Both the position numbers and the translations under genes were made by a program. The notes beneath the pieces were generated by a model that saw only the letters and a list, made by a program, of their open reading frames with translations, was not told the DNA's origin and ran no database searches. Shown here piece by piece: positions 26,835-36,093 of a DNA stretch of 53,349 nt. Each line of letters opens with the position of its first letter. The stretch's first letter is position 1. This stretch comes from Candidatus Iainarchaeum sp. (GTDB lineage Archaea; Iainarchaeota; Iainarchaeia; Iainarchaeales; DTGL01): assembly GCA_026396995.1 (NCBI GenBank), contig JAPLVS010000060.1, forward strand, positions 1 through 53,349, read 5' to 3'.

Positions 26835-27439
26835 CCGCTCACCACGATTTCGTCCTGCCTGTGGATTTCGGCCCTGTAATCAAAGTCTTTGGTCAGGTCA
26901 AGGGTCTGGCCACAAATAATTAAGGAATAATCATTATTAAGCCATCCTCTGGGAAACGTTGCGGTTTCGCCGTTTGCGATTGTCAGGGGGCCTTTCTTGG
27001 TGTTATAGTATGTGCAGTCCTCGCCCCACCAGTTGCCGATAATATAATGCACCGAAGCGCCCCTTGTATATGATGCAGCAAACACAAACTTGAACGCATA
27101 GCCTTTTTCCATCGAGAACCTGTTGAAATCATCGCCTGTTTCAGAGAGGATGCGGTTAAGGTCGTCCTGGTAAATGCCCGCGGTATAAGACAGCGGCAGC
27201 TCGCTTTTGATGTTTTCCATCAGGAAGTGGCCTTCTGTCCTCTGGTGTGTTTCTGTTCTTGACACAAACGCAACAGCAGAAATTATCATTATGAGAATAA
27301 ATGAAACCAGCAGGTATGCCTGCCCTTTGCCGCCGATTCTCCAGGCAACCTTTTGCCTTGGCCAAGCCGCCCTTTCACAGTTGCCTTTCCTGCCGATTCC
27401 CGGCCAGGTTTTTTTTCCCGCCTTCCAGCCGCCCATCAT
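26831..27439 (-). CDS. Class III signal peptide protein (minor pilin-like)
   Basis: GKG|QAYLLVSFILIMIISAVAFV; start codon uncertain. Confidence 0.7.
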   Translation of the reverse strand: MMGGWKAGKKTWPGIGRKGNCERAAWPRQKVAWRIGGKGQAYLLVSFILIMIISAVAFVSRTETHQRTEGHFLMENIKSELPLSYTAGIYQDDLNRILSETGDDFNRFSMEKGYAFKFVFAASYTRGASVHYIIGNWWGEDCTYYNTKKGPLTIANGETATFPRGWLNNDYSLIICGQTLDLTKDFDYRAEIHRQDEIVVSG

Positions 27440-27834
27440 TCCACCTTGAAAACCCAGACAAAAATCTGGATTTTTTTCATTGAATGCGTTGAAATGTTCC
27501 CGTCAAAGAGATAGGAAACAGTCGAATATGCCTTGTCGCTTGGAATTGTGCCCCAGCAATTGCTTGTGCTGTTTGCATCGCACACCCTCAAGGAATAAGG
27601 GAGGTCAAAATACCCGTCGACGTATGCTTTAAGGGAGGCAAGGGAATTGTCGTCATGCACTGCGACCGCAAGGTTCCTGAAGGATTCCTCCTCGCAAAAG
27701 GACAGGACTGCGTTCTCTCCGGCATCCCTCAGGCCGGTGTATTTTTCTTCAGGCACAAAATAGGGCGATGAAATGAGCGCGATTGTGCCGAGAAGCATTG
27801 CTGTCGCCAGCAGGGCCTCATACGTCTTAATCAT
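27436..27834 (-). CDS. Minor pilin-like protein
   Basis: MIKTYEALLATAMLLGTIALI N-terminal helix; terminal beta strand KIQIFVW; coupled within the pilin operon. Confidence 0.65.
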   Translation of the reverse strand: MIKTYEALLATAMLLGTIALISSPYFVPEEKYTGLRDAGENAVLSFCEEESFRNLAVAVHDDNSLASLKAYVDGYFDLPYSLRVCDANSTSNCWGTIPSDKAYSTVSYLFDGNISTHSMKKIQIFVWVFKVE

Positions 27835-27852
27835 CCTTTTCCCCCAAATTTT

Positions 27853-30800
27853 TCACAGCCTTTTCAGCCTCCAGTAAAGGTATGCGCCCAAGCCGGCAAT
27901 TATGATAAGGATGAGCGGCACTGGAATTCCGCCCTGGATTCCGCTAAACGAAACGCTTGAAGCATCATAGCCGGAAGGCAGCGGCACAGGAATCTTAAAC
28001 GAGCCTGCGGCGCCTGCCTCAATCACGGAAATCTCTTCTTTTGTAAAGGCTTTTCTGGGCTTGTATTTTATGGTTTTTTCCTCGCCTGGCTGCAGTTCTG
28101 AAATGAAAAACGACACGACCGGGTCCTCGCTTGCTATTTCAAAAATCGTGTTGGAGGAAAGCAGCGAGGCTTTTTCGCCGACCTGTTTTGGGACAAACTC
28201 GACAATATTGAATTGCTGGGTTGCAGTGCTGCCTGTGTTTTTTACAGACAGCACTATTAGAACCTGTAGTTCGGTTGCATTCCCATCTGCCACTTCAATG
28301 GACAGGATTTCGCGCCTGAACGCAAGGCGGCTCCACAGGTTTTTTGATTCTGCGAGCGCCTGTCCGCTTAAAAACTCGGAAAGCGCTGTTTCAAGCGAGT
28401 CCCTGTCGGCTGCATAATCTATTGCCTGCGAGCTTTTCACTGAAATTTTCGGGCGCGCCAGGTCTATCTCGCTCAGAAGGCCTGAAGCAGAAGCGATTTC
28501 GCTTTGCACTGCCGCAATGTCGCCTTGTTCCAGTGCTTTTTTTGCGTTTTCCAGGTGCTCTCCTGCCTGGGCTGCCTTTGCCTTTATCTCTGCGCTTGGC
28601 TCAACAAGGAAACCGCCCAAAACGCCAAGCGCGGCTTTCAGGGCAGCATCCATCGAACCGATGCTTTCAAGTTTTTCGGTTATGCCGCTGAAAAGCACAA
28701 GGCTTGCGCTTTTTTCAGCGGCATTGTTCAGGTCGTCGAACGCTTTCGCAGTAACCCTGGCTTCGCCTGCCTCCCTGTTTTCAATGTTCCAGTCTATTTC
28801 CGCAACGCCCTGATTCAGGTCCTCTGCCAGGAATTGCGCCAGCATTCCGCATTTTTCGCCGTTGCACTGCGTTATTTCAAGCCTTTCTGCATCGCTTGAA
28901 ACCACCGCCCTTATTTCGGCCAGGGATTCGCTTTTCTGCACCACTGCAAGTTCGCTTATGGCCGGAGGCGTCGAATCTATGAAAAATGAAATTTCCTCGC
29001 TTGAACCCAGGCCAAGGCTGTCGGTTGCGTTTATATCCATCAGGGCATTCCCGTCAGCAAGCCCGAGGGAAAACACGCCTGAAAAAGCGCTGCCTGCCCC
29101 CTGCAGTTCAAAGGCAGAGGAATTGCCGTCAGTGTAATGTATTGTGCCTTTAACGCTGTTGAGCCCGAAGTCAGCGCCAACCAGGATGTTGTGGTCGCCG
29201 CCTGAAAAATATTTTTGGCCGTCCCTGTAAATGTAGCCGTACAATGTCACGGTTATCGAGGGCGCGTTTGCATCGCTGACCTGGCATTCTTCCACGCTCA
29301 AATCTGAAAGGTTGCCTGCATTGTCCAAAGCCTGCACCCTATAACAATACTTCGACCTGCCGCTCACAGCATGCAAAAAATTGGTGTCGTATTCTGTTGC
29401 ATAAAAGTTTGCGGCAGTAATTCCGCTTTCGGCGCCATAAAAAACCTTGTAACGGCTTATCCCGCTGCCCGCATCAGTTGAAGCGCTCCATTTCAGGGTA
29501 TTGTTGCCGTCTGTGTGGTTCAGGTCGGTGATAGACGGCACAGATGGCGCGGTCCTGTCAAGGTACACGGCATGCTGCACTTTCACGTTGTTGTCGTGGT
29601 TGTCGAAAACCTTTGCGTAGATTGTCCTGTTCCCGTCAGCGCTTGTGCAGCCGCTGCCTGAAGAAATTGAAAAGGTCTGCACCGGGAAAGCCGAAAAGGA
29701 ATTCGAATAATTGGAATCGTTGCAGCTCAGCCTGACGCTGTAGACATCGGTGCCGTAAATGTTTATGTCGGGATAATTTGAATTCGTGTACCAAGGCATG
29801 TCGAAATTGATGTCGGTAGGGGCGTTGAAGTCAGGCACAGTCGCGCTTGCGGAATTTGATATTGCGGAAATATTCCCTGCACCGTCAACCGCCCTTATCA
29901 CGTAATAATATGTGATGTCCTCGCTTGCAGTGCTCATCGCGTCAACATAGCTCCTCCTGGAACTGCCTATAGCCGAAGAAACAACAGTGGCGCTTGAAAT
30001 GTTCGAGGCGGTGATTGCCTGCGTGTACCTGTAAAGAGTGAAACCGGACAGGCCGCTGCCGCCTGTGTCTGACGGAGTGCTCCACGAGGCATTCAGGTCA
30101 TTGTCGCCTGACACGATCCGCACATTCAGGTCTGAAACCGCGCTCGGAGCGTTCTCATCTATCACAAAAGACCAGTTGAGGTCGTAATGGTTTCCGGCAT
30201 TGTCGTCGAAATAAACGCTGACAGGGATTGTTGTGCCTGAAAGATTGCTGTCCGGCGCATAGGCCATAAGGTAACCTGTCGAAACCGGGGTTTTTGTGAT
30301 GTTTGCATCAGGGACAGGAACGCTGTTCACCCACAAGAGAATAGAGCTCTGCTTTACGCCTGATTCTGCGTCCAAAAGCCTTACGTTTATGTCCGGGGTG
30401 CGGGTGTTCACATAGTTTTTCGGGCTTTCGCTTGAGTAAGTGGGCGCATTGACGTCAATGCACAATTGCGTGAACGAATTTTTTGTGCTGCTGTTTCCCA
30501 CCCTGTCGACCTGCTTTCCAACCACATAGGCCATGCAGGAAACGCTTTTCCCGAAAGTGCTGACGCTGAAGCTTGCACCGTAAATCCCGTCGTTTGAATC
30601 GATGTCGCTGTGCGCCCCGTCATCGTACAGATTAAGGTCGGCTATCGTGCCGATTGATGCAAAAGTATTGACGTCTTTTTCGCCTGAAACCCTTATTATC
30701 AGCGATTTTGTGCTGTTCAGCATGGAATTGCCGTCGCTTGAATTCGCGTCATGCCAGGCATAACTTATCACCGGCCCGTTGGTGTCAAGGTTTATTGTGT

Positions 30801-31134
30801 CGCTTGCAGTGGCCTGATTTGAATTCACGTCCTGCACCTTCAGGTACACTGTTTTCGTGCCGTCCCCGGAAGTGCAGCCTGCCCCTGTGTTCAGGTTGAA
30901 GGAATAGGTTGTTGCATAATCTGCCCAGCCGTAATAAGTGGAATTATCGCATGAAAAGTTCATCCTGTTGCCGTCTGTGGCTGAAATATACAATATCACC
31001 TGTGCGGAATTAGTGTCAGGCACACCCTTCTGGATATTGAAATCCGCAATCGAAACGCTTGCAAAGGCGCCCTTCAAAACCGCAAGCACCAGGATTGCCG
31101 CTGCAACCCAAAGCCAGTCCTTTTCCATTCCCAT
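27853..31134 (-). CDS. 1093-aa membrane-anchored surface protein with Ig-like/FN3 domains
   Basis: Signal peptide; FN3-like WSTPSDTGGSGLSGFTLYR...YYYVIRAVDGAGN and WSASTDAGSGISRY...YRVQALDNAGN; coiled coil; C-terminal TM plus WRLKRL. Confidence 0.85.
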   Translation of the reverse strand: MGMEKDWLWVAAAILVLAVLKGAFASVSIADFNIQKGVPDTNSAQVILYISATDGNRMNFSCDNSTYYGWADYATTYSFNLNTGAGCTSGDGTKTVYLKVQDVNSNQATASDTINLDTNGPVISYAWHDANSSDGNSMLNSTKSLIIRVSGEKDVNTFASIGTIADLNLYDDGAHSDIDSNDGIYGASFSVSTFGKSVSCMAYVVGKQVDRVGNSSTKNSFTQLCIDVNAPTYSSESPKNYVNTRTPDINVRLLDAESGVKQSSILLWVNSVPVPDANITKTPVSTGYLMAYAPDSNLSGTTIPVSVYFDDNAGNHYDLNWSFVIDENAPSAVSDLNVRIVSGDNDLNASWSTPSDTGGSGLSGFTLYRYTQAITASNISSATVVSSAIGSSRRSYVDAMSTASEDITYYYVIRAVDGAGNISAISNSASATVPDFNAPTDINFDMPWYTNSNYPDINIYGTDVYSVRLSCNDSNYSNSFSAFPVQTFSISSGSGCTSADGNRTIYAKVFDNHDNNVKVQHAVYLDRTAPSVPSITDLNHTDGNNTLKWSASTDAGSGISRYKVFYGAESGITAANFYATEYDTNFLHAVSGRSKYCYRVQALDNAGNLSDLSVEECQVSDANAPSITVTLYGYIYRDGQKYFSGGDHNILVGADFGLNSVKGTIHYTDGNSSAFELQGAGSAFSGVFSLGLADGNALMDINATDSLGLGSSEEISFFIDSTPPAISELAVVQKSESLAEIRAVVSSDAERLEITQCNGEKCGMLAQFLAEDLNQGVAEIDWNIENREAGEARVTAKAFDDLNNAAEKSASLVLFSGITEKLESIGSMDAALKAALGVLGGFLVEPSAEIKAKAAQAGEHLENAKKALEQGDIAAVQSEIASASGLLSEIDLARPKISVKSSQAIDYAADRDSLETALSEFLSGQALAESKNLWSRLAFRREILSIEVADGNATELQVLIVLSVKNTGSTATQQFNIVEFVPKQVGEKASLLSSNTIFEIASEDPVVSFFISELQPGEEKTIKYKPRKAFTKEEISVIEAGAAGSFKIPVPLPSGYDASSVSFSGIQGGIPVPLILIIIAGLGAYLYWRLKRL

Positions 31135-31223
31135 CTATATGAGTATTGTTCCCCACTTTAAAAACTTTATTAATATATAGAAAGGGGCGTAAACAGCGTT
31201 CTTCAAGGCGCGCCTGAACCAGC

Positions 31224-31631
31224 CTATTGGCTTGTTCCGGAAGCCTCTTCCGCAACCGCGGTTATCTTCTGCCTGAACCATTCAAGGGAATAAAGGCCTG
31301 TGAATTTTTCGTTGCCGAGGATAAAGCAGGGCACTTCCCCGGCGCTGACGTTGTTCTGCTCCATCTTGCCTGGCTCGGATTCGACGTTCACGATTGTGAT
31401 TTTTGCAATTTTGGAAAGGTTTTCATCCTCGGCAACCTCGCGCAGGGTTTCCTGCAGTTTGGCCGAATCACCGTCAAATGTTTTCAGGAATGCAACTATC
31501 TTTATTTCCCTTTTCCTCTCTGTTTTGTCGCCGGGCAGCAGGCCCTGCAGTGCAGGAAAAACCAAAAAGTAGAATAACAGCAGTGCGATTACTGCCAAAG
31601 TGATTTTCCCGACAGGGGTGAGTTTTACCAT
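31224..31631 (-). CDS. Membrane-anchored thioredoxin-fold-like protein lacking CxxC
   Basis: N-terminal TM; ITIVNVE...EVPCFILGNEKFTG matches the Trx cis-Pro region. Confidence 0.55.
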   Translation of the reverse strand: MVKLTPVGKITLAVIALLLFYFLVFPALQGLLPGDKTERKREIKIVAFLKTFDGDSAKLQETLREVAEDENLSKIAKITIVNVESEPGKMEQNNVSAGEVPCFILGNEKFTGLYSLEWFRQKITAVAEEASGTSQ

Positions 31632-31646
31632 ATAAAACCTTTCTTT

Positions 31647-32087
31647 TCAGCTGCAATCGGTTGTCGTGTCCGAAATGTCCTTGCAGTCCCTTGAAGTGAC
31701 CTTTATTTCGGCCGGGCTTTCCCCGGCATCAAGCCGGACATAAACGTTCCCGTAAGAGCCTTCCTCGAGGTTTACCTGGCAGATATTGATGTCGGAATTG
31801 CCGCTGTTGTATTTCACTGCGACTGTAAACGAATTCAGGTCCACGTAATCCGTGTTTTCCAGCTGTATTGTGGCAACGTTCGTGTCACCCTGGTCGAAAG
31901 CGCAGGAAACAATTGTGAAGCCGGCCTTGTCGCATTTTATCTGCATGTCTGACAGCTCTTTCTGGGAACTTAGCTGGTCGTTGTAATAGCTGTAAATCCA
32001 GCCCATAAACAAGGAGCCTATCCCGATTGCCACAAGCACCAGAAGGATTTCAGCAATTAACGGCGTTACTCCCCTCTGATTTCCCAT
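31647..32087 (-). CDS. Archaeal type IV pilin
   Basis: QRG|VTPLIAEILLVLVAIGIG. Confidence 0.9.
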   Translation of the reverse strand: MGNQRGVTPLIAEILLVLVAIGIGSLFMGWIYSYYNDQLSSQKELSDMQIKCDKAGFTIVSCAFDQGDTNVATIQLENTDYVDLNSFTVAVKYNSGNSDINICQVNLEEGSYGNVYVRLDAGESPAEIKVTSRDCKDISDTTTDCS

Positions 32088-32237
32088 CCTTTTCCACCTT
32101 TTGCTTTAAGCAGATAAAATAGCGTTTAACTGGTTTAAATATCTTTCTGTATTGTGCGGCCTTCGGGCTGCACCAGTGATAAAAAAATAAAAATAGAAAG
32201 AAGGGTGAAAACCCTTCTTTTCTGGAAATTATTCGCT

Positions 32238-32705
32238 TTAACCTGACTGGATGCTTGTGCCAGGCACTTCCAGTTTTATGCCGCACTCTGTCGATTCGAC
32301 GATAACCCTGGTTGGCTTTGTTCCGCCTGTGCCTGCTCCGCCCTGCGTCCAAGCGACTGCCTGGCCGCCCCCGGTAATGTTAAGGCTTACCGAGTTAACG
32401 TCGGAATTTCCGTCAGAGTAGTATGAATATACCTTGAAAGTGTTCAGATCCCTGCCGCTGCCGTTTTTCACCAGCACTTTTGTGGCCTTGAGTGCGCTGT
32501 ACCATGTCGGCTTGATGTCTGTCAGGTCTGCTGTCAGGCTCACATCGGCACAACCGGTCATCTTCTGCTGGGTTTTAGTGCTTTCTGTCTGCACGTTTCC
32601 CTGGAAACTTGTCACCCACTGCCAGATTATGACTCCGACAGCCATGCAGACTAATAAAAGCAAAACTGTTGCGATTAACGGACTAACACCTTTTTGGTTT
32701 TTCAT
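32238..32705 (-). CDS. Archaeal type IV pilin (candidate major pilin)
   Basis: MKNQKG|VSPLIATVLLLLVCMAVGVII; ATG 32705. Confidence 0.9.
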   Translation of the reverse strand: MKNQKGVSPLIATVLLLLVCMAVGVIIWQWVTSFQGNVQTESTKTQQKMTGCADVSLTADLTDIKPTWYSALKATKVLVKNGSGRDLNTFKVYSYYSDGNSDVNSVSLNITGGGQAVAWTQGGAGTGGTKPTRVIVESTECGIKLEVPGTSIQSG

Positions 32706-32871
32706 AGAGCATATCACCTTTGGATTTAACACATAAATTATGGCTTAAGTTCTTTATAATGCTTTCTTTTATGTTCTCCGTGCCATAAAACGCGGATTTT
32801 CCAGGTTTTCCGGCAATTTTGCGCCTCCCCCTGCGGAATGTTTTTATTGAAATAATGCGTTATTGAATTGA

Positions 32872-34779
32872 ATGAAAGCGCGCTTTTTGCTTTTGGCATT
32901 GTCCCTTGCCTTTGTTTTTGCAACAGCCATGGCTGCAGCCCCCTCGGCCATCCTTAACCAGCCCAACGGCAGCCAGGCAATCGGGAGCACTTACTCCGTG
33001 GATTTTAATGTGAGCGATGCAGACAACCAGGATTTGTATGCAACTCTTTACTATTCCACAACAAAAAACGACTTCAACAACTTCATTGCAGACCTCAACC
33101 TAAACGATTATCCGAATTATGCAGGCCTTTCCTGCGGCAGCACAATTTTCCTCACAAACACAAACTGCACCTACGACTGGAACCTATACAGGCCGGGAGT
33201 TTCAGCAAAAGACGCAAACCTTGTGCTTTTCATGCCCCTGGACACCTATTCTTTCCGCGATTTCTCGCCCTTGGCAAACAATGGTTCTGCCACAACCTTC
33301 GACAAGACCTCTTCAAGCGGCGTTGTCGCAGGCAAAATCAACAGGGCAATGAAATTCGACGGAGTGGACGATTACATCACAGTGCCTGACGCCAGCAGGC
33401 TCGACCTGCGCACAAGCGATTTCACTATAGAATTGTGGGCAGCGCGCTCTGCCACCGGTGCAACCCACGTGCTTGTCGACAAGCGCAACAGCGACACCAA
33501 TGGCTATTTGCTGCAATTCAATTCCTCAAATCAGGTTGAGGCGCAAATATGCAACGGCTCATGTGCCACAATCACTTCAACAGGCACAGTTGCAGACACA
33601 GGCTGGCATTATATTGCGGTCGAATTCGACAGGAGTGCTAATGCGCAACTATACCTTGATGGTGCTGCTGACGGCAGTGCAGTAAGCATTTCATCAAAAT
33701 CCGGCAATATCGACACAAATGCAGACCTCAAAATCGGCGTGCGCTCTTATGGCGCGGTTTCGAATGTGATGAACGGCTCAATCGACGAATTGCGCGTTTA
33801 CGATAAACTGCTTGGCGCAGCGGAAATCAAAAGGCGCTATACGATGGTGCAGGGCACTGACCTTAACAGGATTGCCGATGGCAATTATTTTTTGGACCTG
33901 AATGTCTGGGACCCGACAGATGCGAACGCAACCGAGTCCAGCACCACGAGTTTTGCAGTTGACAACAATGCCCCTGGCACAACAGATAATGCGCCTTCGG
34001 CAGCACAGAGTTCGGCTTTCACTGTAACGCTCACCTGCAATGACACTTCATATATTTCCGGCATCCAGGCAAGCGGGTGCTCTTATTCGGAATACAGGAC
34101 TGATTCAGGTTCGTGGAAACAGTCGAGCGCCGTGGCAGTAAACGGGGATGGCAACCATAAAATAGAATATTATTCTGTTGATGCGGCAGGCAATGCCGGC
34201 ACAATAAGGACAACTTATGCTTCGCTTCTCCTTACAGGGCATTCCTTCAATTTCGGCTTAAGGTTCGACGGTAACTGGTGGGACAGCACAGTCCATATTC
34301 CAGGCTTTGTTTCAGACCAGGCCATGCAGAATACTGTTTCGCAGACGCTTACGCAGGGCACAACCTTCGATTACGCGGCATTCTCGCGCAATGGCCTTGC
34401 AATAGGGCTTGTCAGCACAGGTTCCACTTACCTGATGGATATAACCAACGTGTATTCCTCCACTTTCAATATTTACCTGCAGCAGGCGCACAGGGCCGGC
34501 GTTGACGAAGAATTCTATCTCGCGTACACTTCAGGCAATTATACCGGTTTCGAGGACAAAAAGGAATATGTGAGGAACGGCGAGTTCCTGGACAGGGTGA
34601 ACCCTGCTTTCGGCGTTGCAACCAGCGCCCTTTACATTCTCACCCTCGGCTTAGACTATTATGACAGCAATGTGGACATCAATGGTTCCTTCCATCTCGG
34701 CCCTGGCTCGCATTCCCTTCTGATAACCAACCAGGGCACCTCAAGCGGCAAAGTCGTCATCGGCATTGCAAAGGACTGA
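32872..34779 (+). CDS. Secreted LamG/concanavalin-like domain surface protein
   Basis: Signal peptide; GKINRAMKFDGVDDYI...FTIELW...WHYIAV...LYLDG...NGSIDELRVY. Confidence 0.85.
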   Translation: MKARFLLLALSLAFVFATAMAAAPSAILNQPNGSQAIGSTYSVDFNVSDADNQDLYATLYYSTTKNDFNNFIADLNLNDYPNYAGLSCGSTIFLTNTNCTYDWNLYRPGVSAKDANLVLFMPLDTYSFRDFSPLANNGSATTFDKTSSSGVVAGKINRAMKFDGVDDYITVPDASRLDLRTSDFTIELWAARSATGATHVLVDKRNSDTNGYLLQFNSSNQVEAQICNGSCATITSTGTVADTGWHYIAVEFDRSANAQLYLDGAADGSAVSISSKSGNIDTNADLKIGVRSYGAVSNVMNGSIDELRVYDKLLGAAEIKRRYTMVQGTDLNRIADGNYFLDLNVWDPTDANATESSTTSFAVDNNAPGTTDNAPSAAQSSAFTVTLTCNDTSYISGIQASGCSYSEYRTDSGSWKQSSAVAVNGDGNHKIEYYSVDAAGNAGTIRTTYASLLLTGHSFNFGLRFDGNWWDSTVHIPGFVSDQAMQNTVSQTLTQGTTFDYAAFSRNGLAIGLVSTGSTYLMDITNVYSSTFNIYLQQAHRAGVDEEFYLAYTSGNYTGFEDKKEYVRNGEFLDRVNPAFGVATSALYILTLGLDYYDSNVDINGSFHLGPGSHSLLITNQGTSSGKVVIGIAKD

Positions 34780-34855
34780 AATGGCAAAGTGTGAAAGGTT
34801 CAGCGGAAGCGAGCTCCCGAAAAGGCATTTAAGCACTTTTCCCCTATTTTAGTGC

Positions 34856-35920
34856 ATGCCTCCAAAAGATTTCATTTCGCAGGCAGCTGAAAGCATCCTT
34901 AAGGCCGAGGAAAAAAGGCAGAAGCTGGTGCAAAAAATAAGGCCTTTTGTGAAAACAAAAATGAATCCATTGGAAATGATGGTTGAAAAAGCCGAATGCG
35001 CAGAACTGAATGGAAGGCTTGGTGCCGTCGATTCAGGCTTTGTGGGCCAGGATTTCCTGTCCTTGGACCTTGTCCTGATAAGGGCAAGGGGCGTTGTCTT
35101 CGATTACAAAAAAGGAAAGCTTGCCAAGGCGGCATATCACCCGAACTATTATTCTTTTCCGGAACCGTTGATTTCGAACAGGGCACTCCAGATAGAGGAT
35201 GTTTCGACAAACAAAAGCCTGCAAAGGCTGGCTAAAGAAATAGGGCTTGCCGAAGAAATAATCGGAAAATTTTCCCCGGACTATTGCTTTCTCGACGGTT
35301 CAATTGTTCCGCAGCACGCGGACAAGCCAAGGTCGAATTCAAAAATGCAGCCCTTCTACAAGGAAGTCATTGAAAAATTCGAATCGCTTTTTTCGAAGGC
35401 CGAGGAAAAAAACTGCACGATTATAGGCTGTGTGGAGGACTCGCGCGGCACAAGGTTCAAGGACATCGCCGAAAAAATAATCGGCAAAAAAGAATTCGAG
35501 GAACTCAACGAATGCTTTGACGTTGTTCTCCTTGATTCGCTTCTTGCCGAAGGCGAGCGCTCTTTCGCTTTCCCTTATGCGGAAAACGTGAAAGAGCACC
35601 CTGTGCTGCAGGATTTTTCGAAAGGGTTTGCGGAAATGGTGCACGCCTTTTACATCAAGCCCTCGGCGCTTGACAGGCCGCTGCGCACTGAGTTTTTGCT
35701 CAAGAAAAGCCAGGGAAAACAGGAAATAGACAGGATTGCGTCGATTGTTTTCGCGCAAAGCAGGCTCCACCGCGAATATTCTTACCCTGCGGTCCTCATA
35801 GAGGCGGATTTGCGCTCGCGCCTGAGGGAAGAGGAGATTAAAATAATTTGCGACAAGATATTTGACAGGATAGGCGGCAGCAAAAGGCTCTCGCTGAGAA
35901 GGGAGAAAAGGCCGTTTTGA
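34856..35920 (+). CDS. nurA: DNA double-strand break repair nuclease NurA
   Basis: GAVDSG, FLDGSI, YSYPAVLIEAD; directly upstream of herA. Confidence 0.88.
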   Translation: MPPKDFISQAAESILKAEEKRQKLVQKIRPFVKTKMNPLEMMVEKAECAELNGRLGAVDSGFVGQDFLSLDLVLIRARGVVFDYKKGKLAKAAYHPNYYSFPEPLISNRALQIEDVSTNKSLQRLAKEIGLAEEIIGKFSPDYCFLDGSIVPQHADKPRSNSKMQPFYKEVIEKFESLFSKAEEKNCTIIGCVEDSRGTRFKDIAEKIIGKKEFEELNECFDVVLLDSLLAEGERSFAFPYAENVKEHPVLQDFSKGFAEMVHAFYIKPSALDRPLRTEFLLKKSQGKQEIDRIASIVFAQSRLHREYSYPAVLIEADLRSRLREEEIKIICDKIFDRIGGSKRLSLRREKRPF

Positions 35921-36093
35921 AGATAGTTTACAAGTGATAGCGAATGAAAAAATCCAGAAAAACTTCGGTTGAAATCGTTTCGAAATGTGAAGCGAATGAG
36001 GCGCTCGCCCGTGAAATTGAAAAAGTTTATGCTGAAAGGAAAAGAGCAAAATTAAAAACTGTCAAAATTTAATGTTTAGGAGAAGTGATTTGG

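Noticed and set aside
21651-32705. Archaellum (motility) operon
   Set aside because: No ArlH/KaiC-like, ArlF/G or typical archaellin sequences; two short platform genes and VSPLIA-type pilins fit a type IV pilus.
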